DNA of 64,000 bases, taken from the IMG/VR virus record IMGVR_UViG_3300046779_001412, positions 72,489 through 136,488 of that record. The stretch is one strand, 5' to 3'. A program made the position numbers and the translations under genes. Shown here piece by piece: positions 1-11,377 of this stretch (its first letter is position 1; every line of letters starts with the position of its first letter). This DNA comes from a virus. Below the pieces are notes generated by a model. It was not told the origin of the DNA, ran no database searches, and saw only the letters and a list, made by a program, of their open reading frames with translations.

Positions 1-551
1 ACGTCCTGGTGAATCTTATTAGCAACTGCCCACTCTTGCCAGCATGCAAAGTCCTGCTTGAGTTCTTGGTGAATAAAACGGTTAGCCAACGGAGTAGGCA
101 TGCGATATGTTACACCCTTGTCCGACTCACGGTTACCTGCTGCAATCATAACCACGTTGTCAGGTAGTTTATACTTGCCAATGCGCCGATTCAAGATTAA
201 CTGATAGGCCGCTGCCTGTACCGCAGGTGCTGCTGAGTTAAGCTCGTCCAGGAACAATACAACAATAGGATATTGTGATGCTAATTCTTCATCTGGCAAA
301 TCAATTGGAGGAGCCCAGTCCATCTTACCAAGTTCTTTGTTGTAAAACGGAATACCACGAATGTCTGTGGGCTCCATCTGACCCAAGCGAAGGTCAATCA
401 TGAAACCACGCATGTCGTTGGTTACTTGTGCTACCACATCACTCTTGCCAATACCAGGAGCTCCCCAAAGGAAAATGGGACGCTTCACTGCAAAGGCTTT
501 GTTGATGCTGCGGCGTGCTTGCTTAATAGTTACGGTACGTGTATCTGACAT
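1..551 (-). CDS. AAA+ ATPase (MoxR/CbbQ-like), runs off the window
   Basis: Manual translation MSDTRTVTIKQARRS...; Walker A GAPGIGKS, Walker B VVLFLDE, AAGN and LANRF motifs; not in ORF track. Confidence 0.85.
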   Translation of the reverse strand, partial: MSDTRTVTIKQARRSINKAFAVKRPIFLWGAPGIGKSDVVAQVTNDMRGFMIDLRLGQMEPTDIRGIPFYNKELGKMDWAPPIDLPDEELASQYPIVVLFLDELNSAAPAVQAAAYQLILNRRIGKYKLPDNVVMIAAGNRESDKGVTYRMPTPLANRFIHQELKQDFACWQEWAVANKIHQD

Positions 552-598
552 TTTGGCTCCTTGTTAACATTACATCTAGTATTATACAAAAACATGTT

Positions 599-1255
599 TT
601 AATGGTCAAACACTTTCACTCTGTTTAATTGAGTGCTGTCTGTCTTGTGTGCCTTTACTGTGCCATGTATTTGGCACTCTTTGCCAGGCTGCATGGCTTC
701 TTTGAAGGCAAAAAACACAACATGGTTACAACTGGTTTTGGCAGTGATAAAATTTAGCTGGTACTTTTCACTATATATTGTTCTCACAACGATGATATCA
801 CGGGTAATTCGCTCACCTACTGTGGCCAGTGGTTGGCTGATGGTGTCCTGCAAAAGAGTTTCTTCATAGATACTGTTTTTCCAACGAGGTATCTGGCTTA
901 CAATCACATTCATGTCTGTGGAATTTTGTCGTTCAAAATTTTCAAGAGTCAGACATTGTATTAATCTATGTTCAAAACCATTCAAGTCAGATTTCAAAGC
1001 TCTGAACATGTAACGCTTTTGCAAAAACAGTCTGGCATCGCGACCATTGGTGTAATCAAATTCAGTTAATTGTTCTAGGTCTTTTAAACCTTCTAACATC
1101 ACAGTTCTGCTAGACTTACGACCTGGACGGGCGTCGCTATCATTGCTGGGATCATAAAGCCACTCATCGTTGCGCAGATATTCGCCGTTGTTAATACGGC
1201 AAGCTCGCGCAGCCGCTGCCCAAACCTGATCAGCTGTCCATGTGGTTTTGTTCAT
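599..1255 (-). CDS. hypothetical protein with possible C-terminal OB-fold
   Basis: 218-aa ORF; C-terminus ...GTVKAHK..TQLNRVK typical of phage OB-like proteins. Confidence 0.6.
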   Translation of the reverse strand: MNKTTWTADQVWAAAARACRINNGEYLRNDEWLYDPSNDSDARPGRKSSRTVMLEGLKDLEQLTEFDYTNGRDARLFLQKRYMFRALKSDLNGFEHRLIQCLTLENFERQNSTDMNVIVSQIPRWKNSIYEETLLQDTISQPLATVGERITRDIIVVRTIYSEKYQLNFITAKTSCNHVVFFAFKEAMQPGKECQIHGTVKAHKTDSTQLNRVKVFDH

Positions 1256-1431
1256 TGCTTTCTAAAGTGTTTAAAACTAACAAGGACCGTCGTTAGTTAA
1301 GTTTAAGGTCCGCCATTTCCATCCTGCGCTTTTCCTTACCGGGATGCCATGGTCAAGCTACGGCTCTCTAACGCTAGGCGCTTGCTTTCTGCGCCAACTC
1401 ACTGTCGCTAGTGTCACAGGGCACTATAGAG

Positions 1432-1614
1432 TCAGCCTGTGCTCTGACTATACTCAATCTTGCTTAATCTATCTGCGTGAACCCATACAAACCACCCGAG
1501 TCCCAATGCACCAACTTTGACATACTCTAATCTCTTACGGAGTACTTCGCCATACACAACGCCGTGTTTTTTTGTTTTGAAAAAAACATGTTCACCTTTG
1601 TTCCAAATACGCAT
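1432..1614 (-). CDS. small hypothetical protein
   Basis: 60 aa, AGGAG RBS upstream. Confidence 0.6.
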   Translation of the reverse strand: MRIWNKGEHVFFKTKKHGVVYGEVLRKRLEYVKVGALGLGWFVWVHADRLSKIEYSQSTG

Positions 1615-1623
1615 AATTGCTCC

Positions 1624-1944
1624 TTAGGCTAATTCAAGTTCGCAAGCAGGGTAAGTAATTTTACCATCAAAGTCCAATTGGTTTTGTTCAAACTCTGTTA
1701 GGTAGTCATCTTCAACAACACTCCAATCCAGGATGTGCTCACGCACATAGTCATTGTTGGACTCAACCTTTGGACGAAGCAATTCAACAATAATACCCGG
1801 AGCATAACGAGTAGGATCAAAGTTGCGAACAACGTAATCACTCCCGCCTTTGGCTTTCCAGTAAGCCGCATCGCCGGTGCCAATAGAACCGTCTTCCATC
1901 CAGGCGTAGTTTTCGTAAACTTGAGTAGTGATTAGTAATTTCAT
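1624..1944 (-). CDS. hypothetical phage protein
   Basis: 106 aa, GGAG RBS and sigma70-like promoter (TTGACC-N17-TATAAT) upstream. Confidence 0.7.
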   Translation of the reverse strand: MKLLITTQVYENYAWMEDGSIGTGDAAYWKAKGGSDYVVRNFDPTRYAPGIIVELLRPKVESNNDYVREHILDWSVVEDDYLTEFEQNQLDFDGKITYPACELELA

Positions 1945-2030
1945 TGCATGCTCCGTGTTGTTTACTATTCTATTATTATACTAAAATGGCTATTTTTGGT
2001 CAAGAAAAAAGCGGCCCTGGGGCCGCTGTG

Positions 2031-2399
2031 TTATGCTGCTTTTTTTGCAAGTTTTGCGGCTTTGTCTGCAAACCATTCTTCCACAAACTGGTTTGGATCT
2101 TGTCCCTTGCGTGGTTTGTCACCCACACGTTTTGTTTTTGTTACAGGAACTGCAACAGTTGCAGTCTTAGCAACCTTTGCTACTTTAGCAACACGCGGCA
2201 TTTTGCCTGCTGTAATGCCTTGTGCACCAAGATAGTCAACCGCAGCTTCTTTGCCCATGCTGAATGGCAGTTTAAGCATGTTTACATCTGTTGCACCCAA
2301 CTTTGCCAGAACTGCCGCACGACCCTCGTCGTTAGCAAATTTGTAAACAGTTGCACCATTAACAACACATGTACCTGCGTAAGCAAAAAGTTTAGACAT
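2031..2399 (-). CDS. hypothetical Lys/Ala-rich protein
   Basis: 122 aa, AGGAG RBS, VAKVAKVAK repeat. Confidence 0.7.
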   Translation of the reverse strand: MSKLFAYAGTCVVNGATVYKFANDEGRAAVLAKLGATDVNMLKLPFSMGKEAAVDYLGAQGITAGKMPRVAKVAKVAKTATVAVPVTKTKRVGDKPRKGQDPNQFVEEWFADKAAKLAKKAA

Positions 2400-2473
2400 T
2401 TACAACTCCTTATTAGTTACAGTACCATTATTATATGAAAAAGGAAATAATTGGCCAACCAAAATTTTGTTGC

Positions 2474-2758
2474 TTATTCAGCAACACTTAACATATTCAT
2501 AGGAACCTTCCAAAGCCCTTGCCCCGTACTCACTGTGGCGTATTTTAATGCAACTTTTGCAACCTTGCCACGTAAAGTGATACCACGTTTGGTGCTGTAG
2601 AACTGTACATCGCTGCCTATATGTATAGCATGACGAGCTTGTTTTACTAGATTTGCTCTTGCATATCTAACAGCATCAATAATGCTGCTCAATTGCGAGT
2701 CTGTAAACGTGCCGCCTATTATTGCAGCATTGATGTCCTGGATAGAAAGTTGCGACAT
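2474..2758 (-). CDS. hypothetical phage protein
   Basis: 94 aa, GGAGG RBS, promoter upstream. Confidence 0.7.
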   Translation of the reverse strand: MSQLSIQDINAAIIGGTFTDSQLSSIIDAVRYARANLVKQARHAIHIGSDVQFYSTKRGITLRGKVAKVALKYATVSTGQGLWKVPMNMLSVAE

Positions 2759-2835
2759 AAAAAACCTCCAATAAGTCTTAATATCAACATTGTAGACTTA
2801 TTGGAGTTTATGGTCAACCGTGTGCTGTTGTGATT

Positions 2836-4131
2836 TTAGTAACGATAGGTGTCAGGTTTGAAAGGCCCTTGCACTGGCACGCCGATGTAGGCAGCTTGGT
2901 CTGCACTGAGTTCTGTGAGCTTGGCACCAACGTGTCCAAGATGCAGTCTTGCAACTTCTTCATCCATGTGTTTAGGCAGTAGATACAGTTGTCCTGCTTG
3001 GTATTTTTCGTTGTCACGATGTTGCCATAGTTCAATCTGAGCTAGGACTTGATTTGTAAAACTATTGCTCATAACATAACTTGGATGACCTGTGGCGCAG
3101 CCAAGATTAACCAATCTGCCCTTGGCCAACACAATCAAGCGTTTGCCGTTGGGGAAAATCACATGGTCTACCAAGGGTTTGATTTCTCGCCACTCAAGAT
3201 CCTGCAAGCCAGCGATGTCTATTTCACTATCAAAGTGCCCAATATTACACACAATCGCATTGTTTTTCATGCGCTCCATGTGTTCGCGTGTGATAACATT
3301 GATGTTTCCTGTGGCAGTCACGTAGATATCAGCCTTGTCAGCTGCATACTTCATGGTGGTAACTTTGTAGCCTTCCATGGATGCTTGTAGTGCGCAGATT
3401 GGATCAATTTCAGTAACCCACACAATGGCACCCAGGGCACGTAAGGCCTGTGCTGATCCTTTGCCCACATCGCCGTATCCGCAGACCACAGCGGTCTTGC
3501 CTGCGATCATGACATCTGTGGCACGTTTGATAGCGTCCACTAGACTTTCACGACAGCCATAAAGATTATCAAACTTGGCCTTGGTCACTGAATCGTTTAC
3601 GTTGATAGCCGGCAGCAACAGCGTGCCAGCACGAATACGTTCAACTAACTTGTGTATACCGGTTGTGGTTTCTTCGCTCACACCCACAATGCCTGCAATC
3701 AACTCAGGGTGCTTGTCATGTACCAGACCTGTGAGATCATGCCCATCATCCAGTAACATGTTTGGGCGCCAGTTATCAGGACCTGTTAAGGTTTGTTCTA
3801 TACACCACCAATATTCTTCTTCGGTTTCACCTTTCCAGGCAAACACAGGAATACCCTGTGCTGCCAAAGCAGCAGCCGCATGATCTTGTGTGCTAAAAAT
3901 ATTACAAGAACTCCAGCGTACTTCTGCACCCAGAGCCACAAGTGTTTCAACTAACACAGCAGTCTGAATTGTCATGTGCAGACTACCTGCAATACGTGCA
4001 CCTGCGAGTGGTTGACTGTCGCGATATTTTTCACGCACAGCCACTAGGCCGGGCATCTCATACTCGGCAATTTCAATTTCTGCTCTGCCCCATGCGGCTA
4101 GATCAATGTTGGCTACTCGGTAATCTGTCAT
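2836..4131 (-). CDS. ahcY: S-adenosylhomocysteine hydrolase
   Basis: Motifs [52 protein letters not shown]. Confidence 0.97.
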   Translation of the reverse strand: MTDYRVANIDLAAWGRAEIEIAEYEMPGLVAVREKYRDSQPLAGARIAGSLHMTIQTAVLVETLVALGAEVRWSSCNIFSTQDHAAAALAAQGIPVFAWKGETEEEYWWCIEQTLTGPDNWRPNMLLDDGHDLTGLVHDKHPELIAGIVGVSEETTTGIHKLVERIRAGTLLLPAINVNDSVTKAKFDNLYGCRESLVDAIKRATDVMIAGKTAVVCGYGDVGKGSAQALRALGAIVWVTEIDPICALQASMEGYKVTTMKYAADKADIYVTATGNINVITREHMERMKNNAIVCNIGHFDSEIDIAGLQDLEWREIKPLVDHVIFPNGKRLIVLAKGRLVNLGCATGHPSYVMSNSFTNQVLAQIELWQHRDNEKYQAGQLYLLPKHMDEEVARLHLGHVGAKLTELSADQAAYIGVPVQGPFKPDTYRY

Positions 4132-4301
4132 TATCTTGAATCCTTGCGTTCATTTTTGTTGCTTCTTGGTGGTGCCATACGACTCTGTAATTCAGCTTGC
4201 ACCATGCTACGAATAAAATGACCACGGCGATCTGCGTCTAATATTCTAGCTGCCATCATTTTACTGGGCTTGCTTAAACGAAAATGTCTGTTGGCGTTCA
4301 T
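4131..4301 (-). CDS. small hypothetical protein (56 aa)
   Basis: Manual translation [14 protein letters not shown]...NERKDSR; ATGA and TAATG overlaps with both neighbours. Confidence 0.6.
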   Translation of the reverse strand: MNANRHFRLSKPSKMMAARILDADRRGHFIRSMVQAELQSRMAPPRSNKNERKDSR

Positions 4302-4555
4302 CGTGTGTTTCTCCTTCGTTGTGTGTATTCAGGTGGTTGGCGTTTTAACCAGGTTCGGTCCACTTTGTCTGCTGCAATTTCATGCATAGCAGTGCTCAAA
4401 GGACTGTTGCCTTGGTTTACCATGGCAGCGTGTCCTGCTTTAAGTTCACGTATGCGTTGACCTAGCACTAATACAGTGTCAAATTGATTGCCAATTTTTT
4501 TTACAATAGCTTGGCTGCTTAAACTGACCGGATCTCTGTTGCTGTAATGTTCCAT
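4298..4555 (-). CDS. rpoZ: RNA polymerase omega subunit-like protein
   Basis: VKKIGNQFDTVLVLGQRIREL...PLSTAMHEIAADKV matches the RpoZ pattern (IGNRFDLVLVAARRARQL...ALREI). Confidence 0.75.
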   Translation of the reverse strand: MEHYSNRDPVSLSSQAIVKKIGNQFDTVLVLGQRIRELKAGHAAMVNQGNSPLSTAMHEIAADKVDRTWLKRQPPEYTQRRRNTR

Positions 4556-4606
4556 TTGGTCTCCTGTGTGATAATTATGCGCATTTGCTTCAAAGCATAG
4601 AAAAAC

Positions 4607-4628
4607 AAAGCCCGCCGGAGCGGGCTTT
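4607..4628. terminator. intrinsic terminator hairpin after groEL
   Basis: AAAGCCCGC-CGGA-GCGGGCTTT with T-rich tail on minus strand. Confidence 0.75.
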
Positions 4629-4635
4629 GAGTGTT

Positions 4636-6553
<1,918 letters not shown>

Positions 6554-6560
6554 CGTTGCC

Positions 6561-6629
6561 TTCTCCTTTTCAATATAAGCAAGAAAGTATGCACAGTCTC
6601 ACCCGAGCACTGTGCAAAGGTTATTTATA
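6561..6629 (-). promoter_or_regulatory. TATAAATA late promoter plus ROSE-like 5' UTR of groES
   Basis: TATAAATA 6622-6629; hairpin TGCACAGT/ACTGTGCA; TTCTTGCTT can pair with the SD region AAGGAGAA. Confidence 0.55.
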
Positions 6630-6723
6630 ACATAGAAATTGGGTTAAAACAACTTTTTTGGTAATTGACTGGTTACGAGTTCCAGCGGTGCTCAATTGTT
6701 GCACCCGATTTACAAAAATCATT

Positions 6724-6747
6724 AAAAAAGGCACCTAGGTGCCTTTT
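6724..6747 (-). terminator. intrinsic terminator after the porin gene
   Basis: AAAAGGCACCTAGGTGCCTTTTTT on minus strand. Confidence 0.75.
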
Positions 6748-6759
6748 AACCTTGACTAA

Positions 6760-8172
6760 TTAGAAACTTAACTGACCACGTAGCATTACTGCCTTTTCGC
6801 CATTTACACGACTACCTGATGTGCCTACAACTGCATCAAATTTAGTGTCAACGTAGTTTAGCATGAAACGCACATTGTCGTTCCAGAACCATGTTACGCC
6901 ATAAGTCATTGCAGTAGCACGATTGCTTTTGCCAGTTGCTACTGAAATATCTTCAGCATTGAATTCACTGGCACGTACAGCAACTTGCCATGCACCTGGA
7001 CCACCACTGGTTACAGCGGTGTTAGGTTTGATCCAATTGAAAATACCATTTCTGTAGTTGTGGCTTTCACCTGTTAGGTTATACACCGCTTGAACATAGT
7101 GACCTTTGATCTCTTGATCTGAACCAGTGGTAGGATCATACTTGAAATTAAACTGTTCACCTTGTAACTTTACATTCTTCCAAGCAAATGCTGCTTCAAG
7201 ACCTTGGCGTGTACGTTCTGTTTCACCACTCATTGCTGAACCTGTGAACCATGCACTTTGATTTCGTGCTTCAGTACGACCACTGGCAGCAGTAACACCA
7301 GTCTTGATGTTGCCTGTACTGTATGCGGCACCTAAGTGCGCAACAAAGTCTTTGTTCTGAATTACTTCGGCAATGTTTGTAGTTACACGACCAATGATAT
7401 CTGCACCATCAACTGTGGCAGATTTATTAGCACGACCACGACTTGCTGCTAAAGCATAAGTGAATCCAGTTGCAGGAACACCATGAATCATTACACCAGT
7501 TTCTTTTGCTGGAATCAATTCGCTGTCATTCTGACCAACTAAACTACGTTCCATAAAATCGATGTTGTTTGAACTGGTCAACTGTTCCAAACTGAATGGC
7601 ATCTTAAATGTACCAAACTGAAATTGAGCAGCAGGGTTAGCATCATAGTTTACCCAGAACTCATCAATGGTACTTGAAGTAGAACTTGCACCAACATCAT
7701 TACCAAAGTTTGCTAACAATTGATATTTGAAATCTTTGGCAATTTGTCCACGCACACCAAAACGACCTCTACGCATTTCCATTGCATCTTGGTAACCATC
7801 TGTAGTTTGACCTGATGCATAGTCTGGACTGTAGTTTCTATAATCCATGTGAATACGACCAGTAAACTGCGCAGTGGTATTACCATCTTTTGATTTGATG
7901 CCTAGACCGTTCTCCATAACAGCACCATCGTTGCTCTTGCTCAAACGATAGTTGTTGTTATCTCTCAGATCTTTGTCAATGCGACTGGAATTGAATTGTG
8001 AATTCTCCAAACGATCACGGTGTGCTGTGATGCGTGTATCATACTCTTGGCGAGTAATGATGTTCTTTTGTAGCAGCAGATCTAGTGTGTCAGTGTATTC
8101 ATCTGCCATTGCAGGTGCAATGAAGACCGACATCAAGATTGCTGCTAGTGCTAATTTTTTAAATGTTTTCAT
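6760..8172 (-). CDS. phosphate-selective porin (OprO/OprP family)
   Basis: Signal peptide, GRIHMDY, RRGRFG, FKMPFSLEQLTSSNNIDFMERS, C-terminal Phe; downstream of pstS. Confidence 0.88.
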   Translation of the reverse strand: MKTFKKLALAAILMSVFIAPAMADEYTDTLDLLLQKNIITRQEYDTRITAHRDRLENSQFNSSRIDKDLRDNNNYRLSKSNDGAVMENGLGIKSKDGNTTAQFTGRIHMDYRNYSPDYASGQTTDGYQDAMEMRRGRFGVRGQIAKDFKYQLLANFGNDVGASSTSSTIDEFWVNYDANPAAQFQFGTFKMPFSLEQLTSSNNIDFMERSLVGQNDSELIPAKETGVMIHGVPATGFTYALAASRGRANKSATVDGADIIGRVTTNIAEVIQNKDFVAHLGAAYSTGNIKTGVTAASGRTEARNQSAWFTGSAMSGETERTRQGLEAAFAWKNVKLQGEQFNFKYDPTTGSDQEIKGHYVQAVYNLTGESHNYRNGIFNWIKPNTAVTSGGPGAWQVAVRASEFNAEDISVATGKSNRATAMTYGVTWFWNDNVRFMLNYVDTKFDAVVGTSGSRVNGEKAVMLRGQLSF

Positions 8173-8237
8173 ATAAAATCCTTAAATTGTTGACAACCAG
8201 TAATGGTAACATTTCCAACTACTAGTTGTCAAGTTTA

Positions 8238-9263
8238 TTATTTCCAAACTGCTGCGCCATCAGGACCTTTGAAGTCACGACGCCAATTGTCTTGAACCAA
8301 CTTGATTACAGACTGAGGCATATGAACATACTCGAGTTCCTCACTCATCTTGGAACCATTTTTGTAGGACCAATCGAAGAACTTAAGAATAGCACGACCA
8401 GTTAAAGCATCTGCTTGCTGTTTGTGCATTAGAATAAAACTTGCACCAGTTGCTGGCCAAGCATCTTTACCTGGTTGCCAAGTTAGTAATTGATACATAC
8501 CTGGAGCATTGTTCCAATCTGCATTAGCTGCCGCTGCTTTGAATGTTGTATCGTCAGGTAATACAAAGTTACCATCGCGATTTTTTAAGGCTGCGTAGGC
8601 AATTTTATTTTTCTTTGCATAAGCATATTCGACATAACCGAATGCACCTTTGATACGCTGCACTTGTGCTGCAACACCTTCATTACCTTTACCACCCACA
8701 CCTACAGGCCATTTAACTGCTGTACCTTCACCTACAACTTTAGCAAACTCAGGATTTGCTTTGCCAAGATAATTGGTCCAAACAAAAGTTGTGCCTGAAC
8801 CATCTGCACGATGAATTACAGTAATGTTGGTTGCCGGTAATGTGATACCTTGGTTCAACTCAACGATTGCTTTGTCATTCCATTTAGTAATCTTACCTAA
8901 GTGAATACCTGCCACAACATCACTTGTTAGTTTTAATTGCCCTGGTTCTATACCATCAAGGTTAACCACAGGAACAACACCACCAATAATTGCTGGAAAT
9001 TGTACAAGACCTTCTTTGTCTAGTTCTTCTGGTTTCAATGGCATGTCACTAGCGCCAAAGTCCACTGTCTTGGCCTTGATTTGACGAATACCACCACCTG
9101 AACCAATGGATTGATAATTGAGTCCTATGCCTGTTGCTGCTTTATATGCTTCTGCCCACTTAGCATAGATTGGATAAGGGAATGTAGCACCTGCACCTGT
9201 TAAGTCTGCTGCATGGGCATTCAATGACAGTGCAGTCAATGCCGTAAACAAAAGTTTTTTCAT
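8238..9263 (-). CDS. pstS: phosphate ABC transporter substrate-binding protein
   Basis: GAGATFPYP, YQSIGSGGG, DFGASD, RADGSGTT; start moved to MKKLLF (GGAG RBS). Confidence 0.97.
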   Translation of the reverse strand: MKKLLFTALTALSLNAHAADLTGAGATFPYPIYAKWAEAYKAATGIGLNYQSIGSGGGIRQIKAKTVDFGASDMPLKPEELDKEGLVQFPAIIGGVVPVVNLDGIEPGQLKLTSDVVAGIHLGKITKWNDKAIVELNQGITLPATNITVIHRADGSGTTFVWTNYLGKANPEFAKVVGEGTAVKWPVGVGGKGNEGVAAQVQRIKGAFGYVEYAYAKKNKIAYAALKNRDGNFVLPDDTTFKAAAANADWNNAPGMYQLLTWQPGKDAWPATGASFILMHKQQADALTGRAILKFFDWSYKNGSKMSEELEYVHMPQSVIKLVQDNWRRDFKGPDGAAVWK

Positions 9264-9315
9264 GTGTAATCTCCATATTATGTGCAATGCACAATTAATA
9301 TTTAAACACATACAT

Positions 9316-9333
9316 ATTACAACTGCGTTACAA
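9316..9333 (-). promoter_or_regulatory. Pho-box-like direct repeat upstream of pstS
   Basis: TTGTAAC-gcag-TTGTAAT, 11-bp period like PhoB boxes (CTGTCAT-N4-CTGTCAT). Confidence 0.5.
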
Positions 9334-9356
9334 AAGTGGGATTTGGAGAAATTAAA

Positions 9357-9557
9357 TTACATACCGCGTGGAGAGTAATGTTGGATATAGATACAGCGTG
9401 CGCTGACTTTGTAGCCATCTGTGTACCAAGTGGCGCTGACACGAGCACGTTCACGCTGGCAGTCTTCGTAGTTATGTTGTGGGGCCTGTATAATACCTTT
9501 GCTCTGTGTTTGACCATAGGGCTGTGCAAGATACAAACTGATAACAAGAATCCACAT
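9357..9557 (-). CDS. small hypothetical exported protein
   Basis: MWILVISLYL..., two Cys, TAAATA just upstream. Confidence 0.5.
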   Translation of the reverse strand: MWILVISLYLAQPYGQTQSKGIIQAPQHNYEDCQRERARVSATWYTDGYKVSARCIYIQHYSPRGM

Positions 9558-9574
9558 GTTGATATTTATTAATG

Positions 9575-9597
9575 AAAAAGCCCGCCGAAGCGGGCCT
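9575..9597 (-). terminator. intrinsic terminator after tmRNA
   Basis: GCCCGC-TTCG-GCGGGC-TTTTT. Confidence 0.85.
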
Positions 9598-9599
9598 AC

Positions 9600-9890
9600 T
9601 ATTTTGGGTGACAAGGCATAGTTGCCTCGGAGATTAGGCTGCTAGAGCGAAAATCTCGTCGTTAGCTGCGTTTGCAGTTATCATTTTTCGCTGATTACGT
9701 CAGTCGACTCTCGTGTTGTCCACTCGCCTACTCTTGACCCTGTCGAAACCTTGACTGGCCCATCAGAAACATACTTCGTCCTGCAGTACGGTCCTTTTCA
9801 CAAAGAGTCGCACGGTCTGCAAATATGTTTCTGGTGGACCAGGTGGGAGTCGAACCCACGTCCAGAACCCTTTTTGGGTCGCTTCATACA
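9600..9890 (-). ncRNA. ssrA: circularly permuted (two-piece) tmRNA; tag ANAANDEIFALAA
   Basis: Acceptor piece ending GGTTCGACTCCCACCTGGTCCACCA (CCA at 9832) lies upstream of the coding piece starting GGGCCAG (9761); G3:U70 Ala determinant; tag frame 9675-9634; outer limits approximate. Confidence 0.92.
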
Positions 9891-9908
9891 ACAATACAAT
9901 TATTTATT

Positions 9909-10493
9909 TTATAGAACTTGTTGAATTTTGTCAAGTATGATATTGACCACTTGACTGCTGAGTACAACCTCGTAATGATTGAACGGCATTTCAATGATCT
10001 CAAAATCATCACGATAAAGCATACTCTGTAAAGTAACCACACCATCATTGGGTTCTTTGATCCAGGGACTTTGACCCACTGTGGTTACAATCTGAGTCCA
10101 GTTTGGCGGTGACGCAATCTTTCTACTGTCCTGCATTGGCGCACTCATGGTACCTATGTCTTTCATTAGTTTATTGAAAGGCAAAAAGTACTTGGCAAAA
10201 TCTGCTTGTTCACTGCCACCATAGGGTGTGCTTAGACTTACGCCACCTCGAGTGGTTTCGCGATAGTGATCCGCGAGAAACAAACTATAAATGCCACCAA
10301 GACTGTGACTTATAAAGAACAATCTTTCTGCATCATCTAGCCGGCCCATCATGTGCGCTAGATTATGAGCAAAGCCATTTTCGCTGCGATACTCCAGCAT
10401 GATGTCGGGTTCTTCGTAGTGATCCCGCACGAACTGACGAATGTAGCTAAAACTCTCCGCAGTGGCGCTGGCACCATGTATGTAAACAATCAT
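9909..10493 (-). CDS. alpha/beta hydrolase
   Basis: YIHG, SHSLGG nucleophile elbow, NDGVV, H near C-terminus. Confidence 0.85.
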   Translation of the reverse strand: MIVYIHGASATAESFSYIRQFVRDHYEEPDIMLEYRSENGFAHNLAHMMGRLDDAERLFFISHSLGGIYSLFLADHYRETTRGGVSLSTPYGGSEQADFAKYFLPFNKLMKDIGTMSAPMQDSRKIASPPNWTQIVTTVGQSPWIKEPNDGVVTLQSMLYRDDFEIIEMPFNHYEVVLSSQVVNIILDKIQQVL

Positions 10494-10496
10494 ACA

Positions 10497-10724
10497 TTAT
10501 TTGACCTTGAGCTGTTGCTCTTTGACTGCTTTGATTTTGTCTGCATCTTCTTTGGTAATGTAACGCACAGCATGATCATCAAATGGAGCAATTTTCCAGC
10601 CCCAAGATTTCCAATACTTTGCAATTAAATTGTTTACAATCAATACTCCACTGATAATCACTATACTTCCAATGGCTATTAGTATCGAGGAGGCTAAAAA
10701 TACAGCCGCTTGATCCATGTTCAT
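10497..10724 (-). CDS. small membrane protein
   Basis: N-terminal hydrophobic helix. Confidence 0.6.
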   Translation of the reverse strand: MNMDQAAVFLASSILIAIGSIVIISGVLIVNNLIAKYWKSWGWKIAPFDDHAVRYITKEDADKIKAVKEQQLKVK

Positions 10725-10751
10725 TATACTATCCTAAACTTTGATTTGTAT

Positions 10752-11348
10752 TTACACAAAATTACAACAGGCTATGTTTGAAGTGCTTTGATGCAGCAAA
10801 CGCCAGCCCTGCGATAACAACCAAGGCACAGCGGTGCCGCCCTTACCATCAAAAGCCACGCCGTCCCAGGTGCGAGTATCGTCAAAATGTATCACACACC
10901 GTTCAGCTGCAGCCGCTGCTACTAACTTGGCCTGATCTAGATGAGCTTGCTGACTATTTGCATTGTTCATTACTAGACCAAATTCTTGATATCTAGCAAT
11001 TTGCCGTTGCACATACATCGGGGGTTCGCCCTCGTAATAGTTCCAGTCAAAATTGTCAAGATAAGCCCAACAGATTTTTTCACCAGTTGGTAGTAAATGA
11101 TCAGCTAGAAAGTCTTCTCCCCGTAGCTGATGTGCATGCATATTTGCTATGTGATTTTTGTATCGGTTGATAATCTTGTGAGCTTCAGGATCGAAGTCTA
11201 CACTATGATATTGAAATTCAGGTCTTGCAGCAGCAATGCCGGCAAAGAAGTCGGTACTTCCTTCGCCGCGACCTGCACCAATTTCTACAATTGCACCCTT
11301 GAGTTGATCAAGGTATCGTGATATAAGATGATGATTTCTAGCGCCCAT
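10752..11348 (-). CDS. SAM-dependent methyltransferase-like protein
   Basis: IVEIGAGRGEGST, SVD, AYLD, HFDDT motifs; start moved to MGARNHH. Confidence 0.65.
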   Translation of the reverse strand: MGARNHHLISRYLDQLKGAIVEIGAGRGEGSTDFFAGIAAARPEFQYHSVDFDPEAHKIINRYKNHIANMHAHQLRGEDFLADHLLPTGEKICWAYLDNFDWNYYEGEPPMYVQRQIARYQEFGLVMNNANSQQAHLDQAKLVAAAAAERCVIHFDDTRTWDGVAFDGKGGTAVPWLLSQGWRLLHQSTSNIACCNFV

Positions 11349-11377
11349 GCACTGAGTATACACGATAAGTAAAAAAA

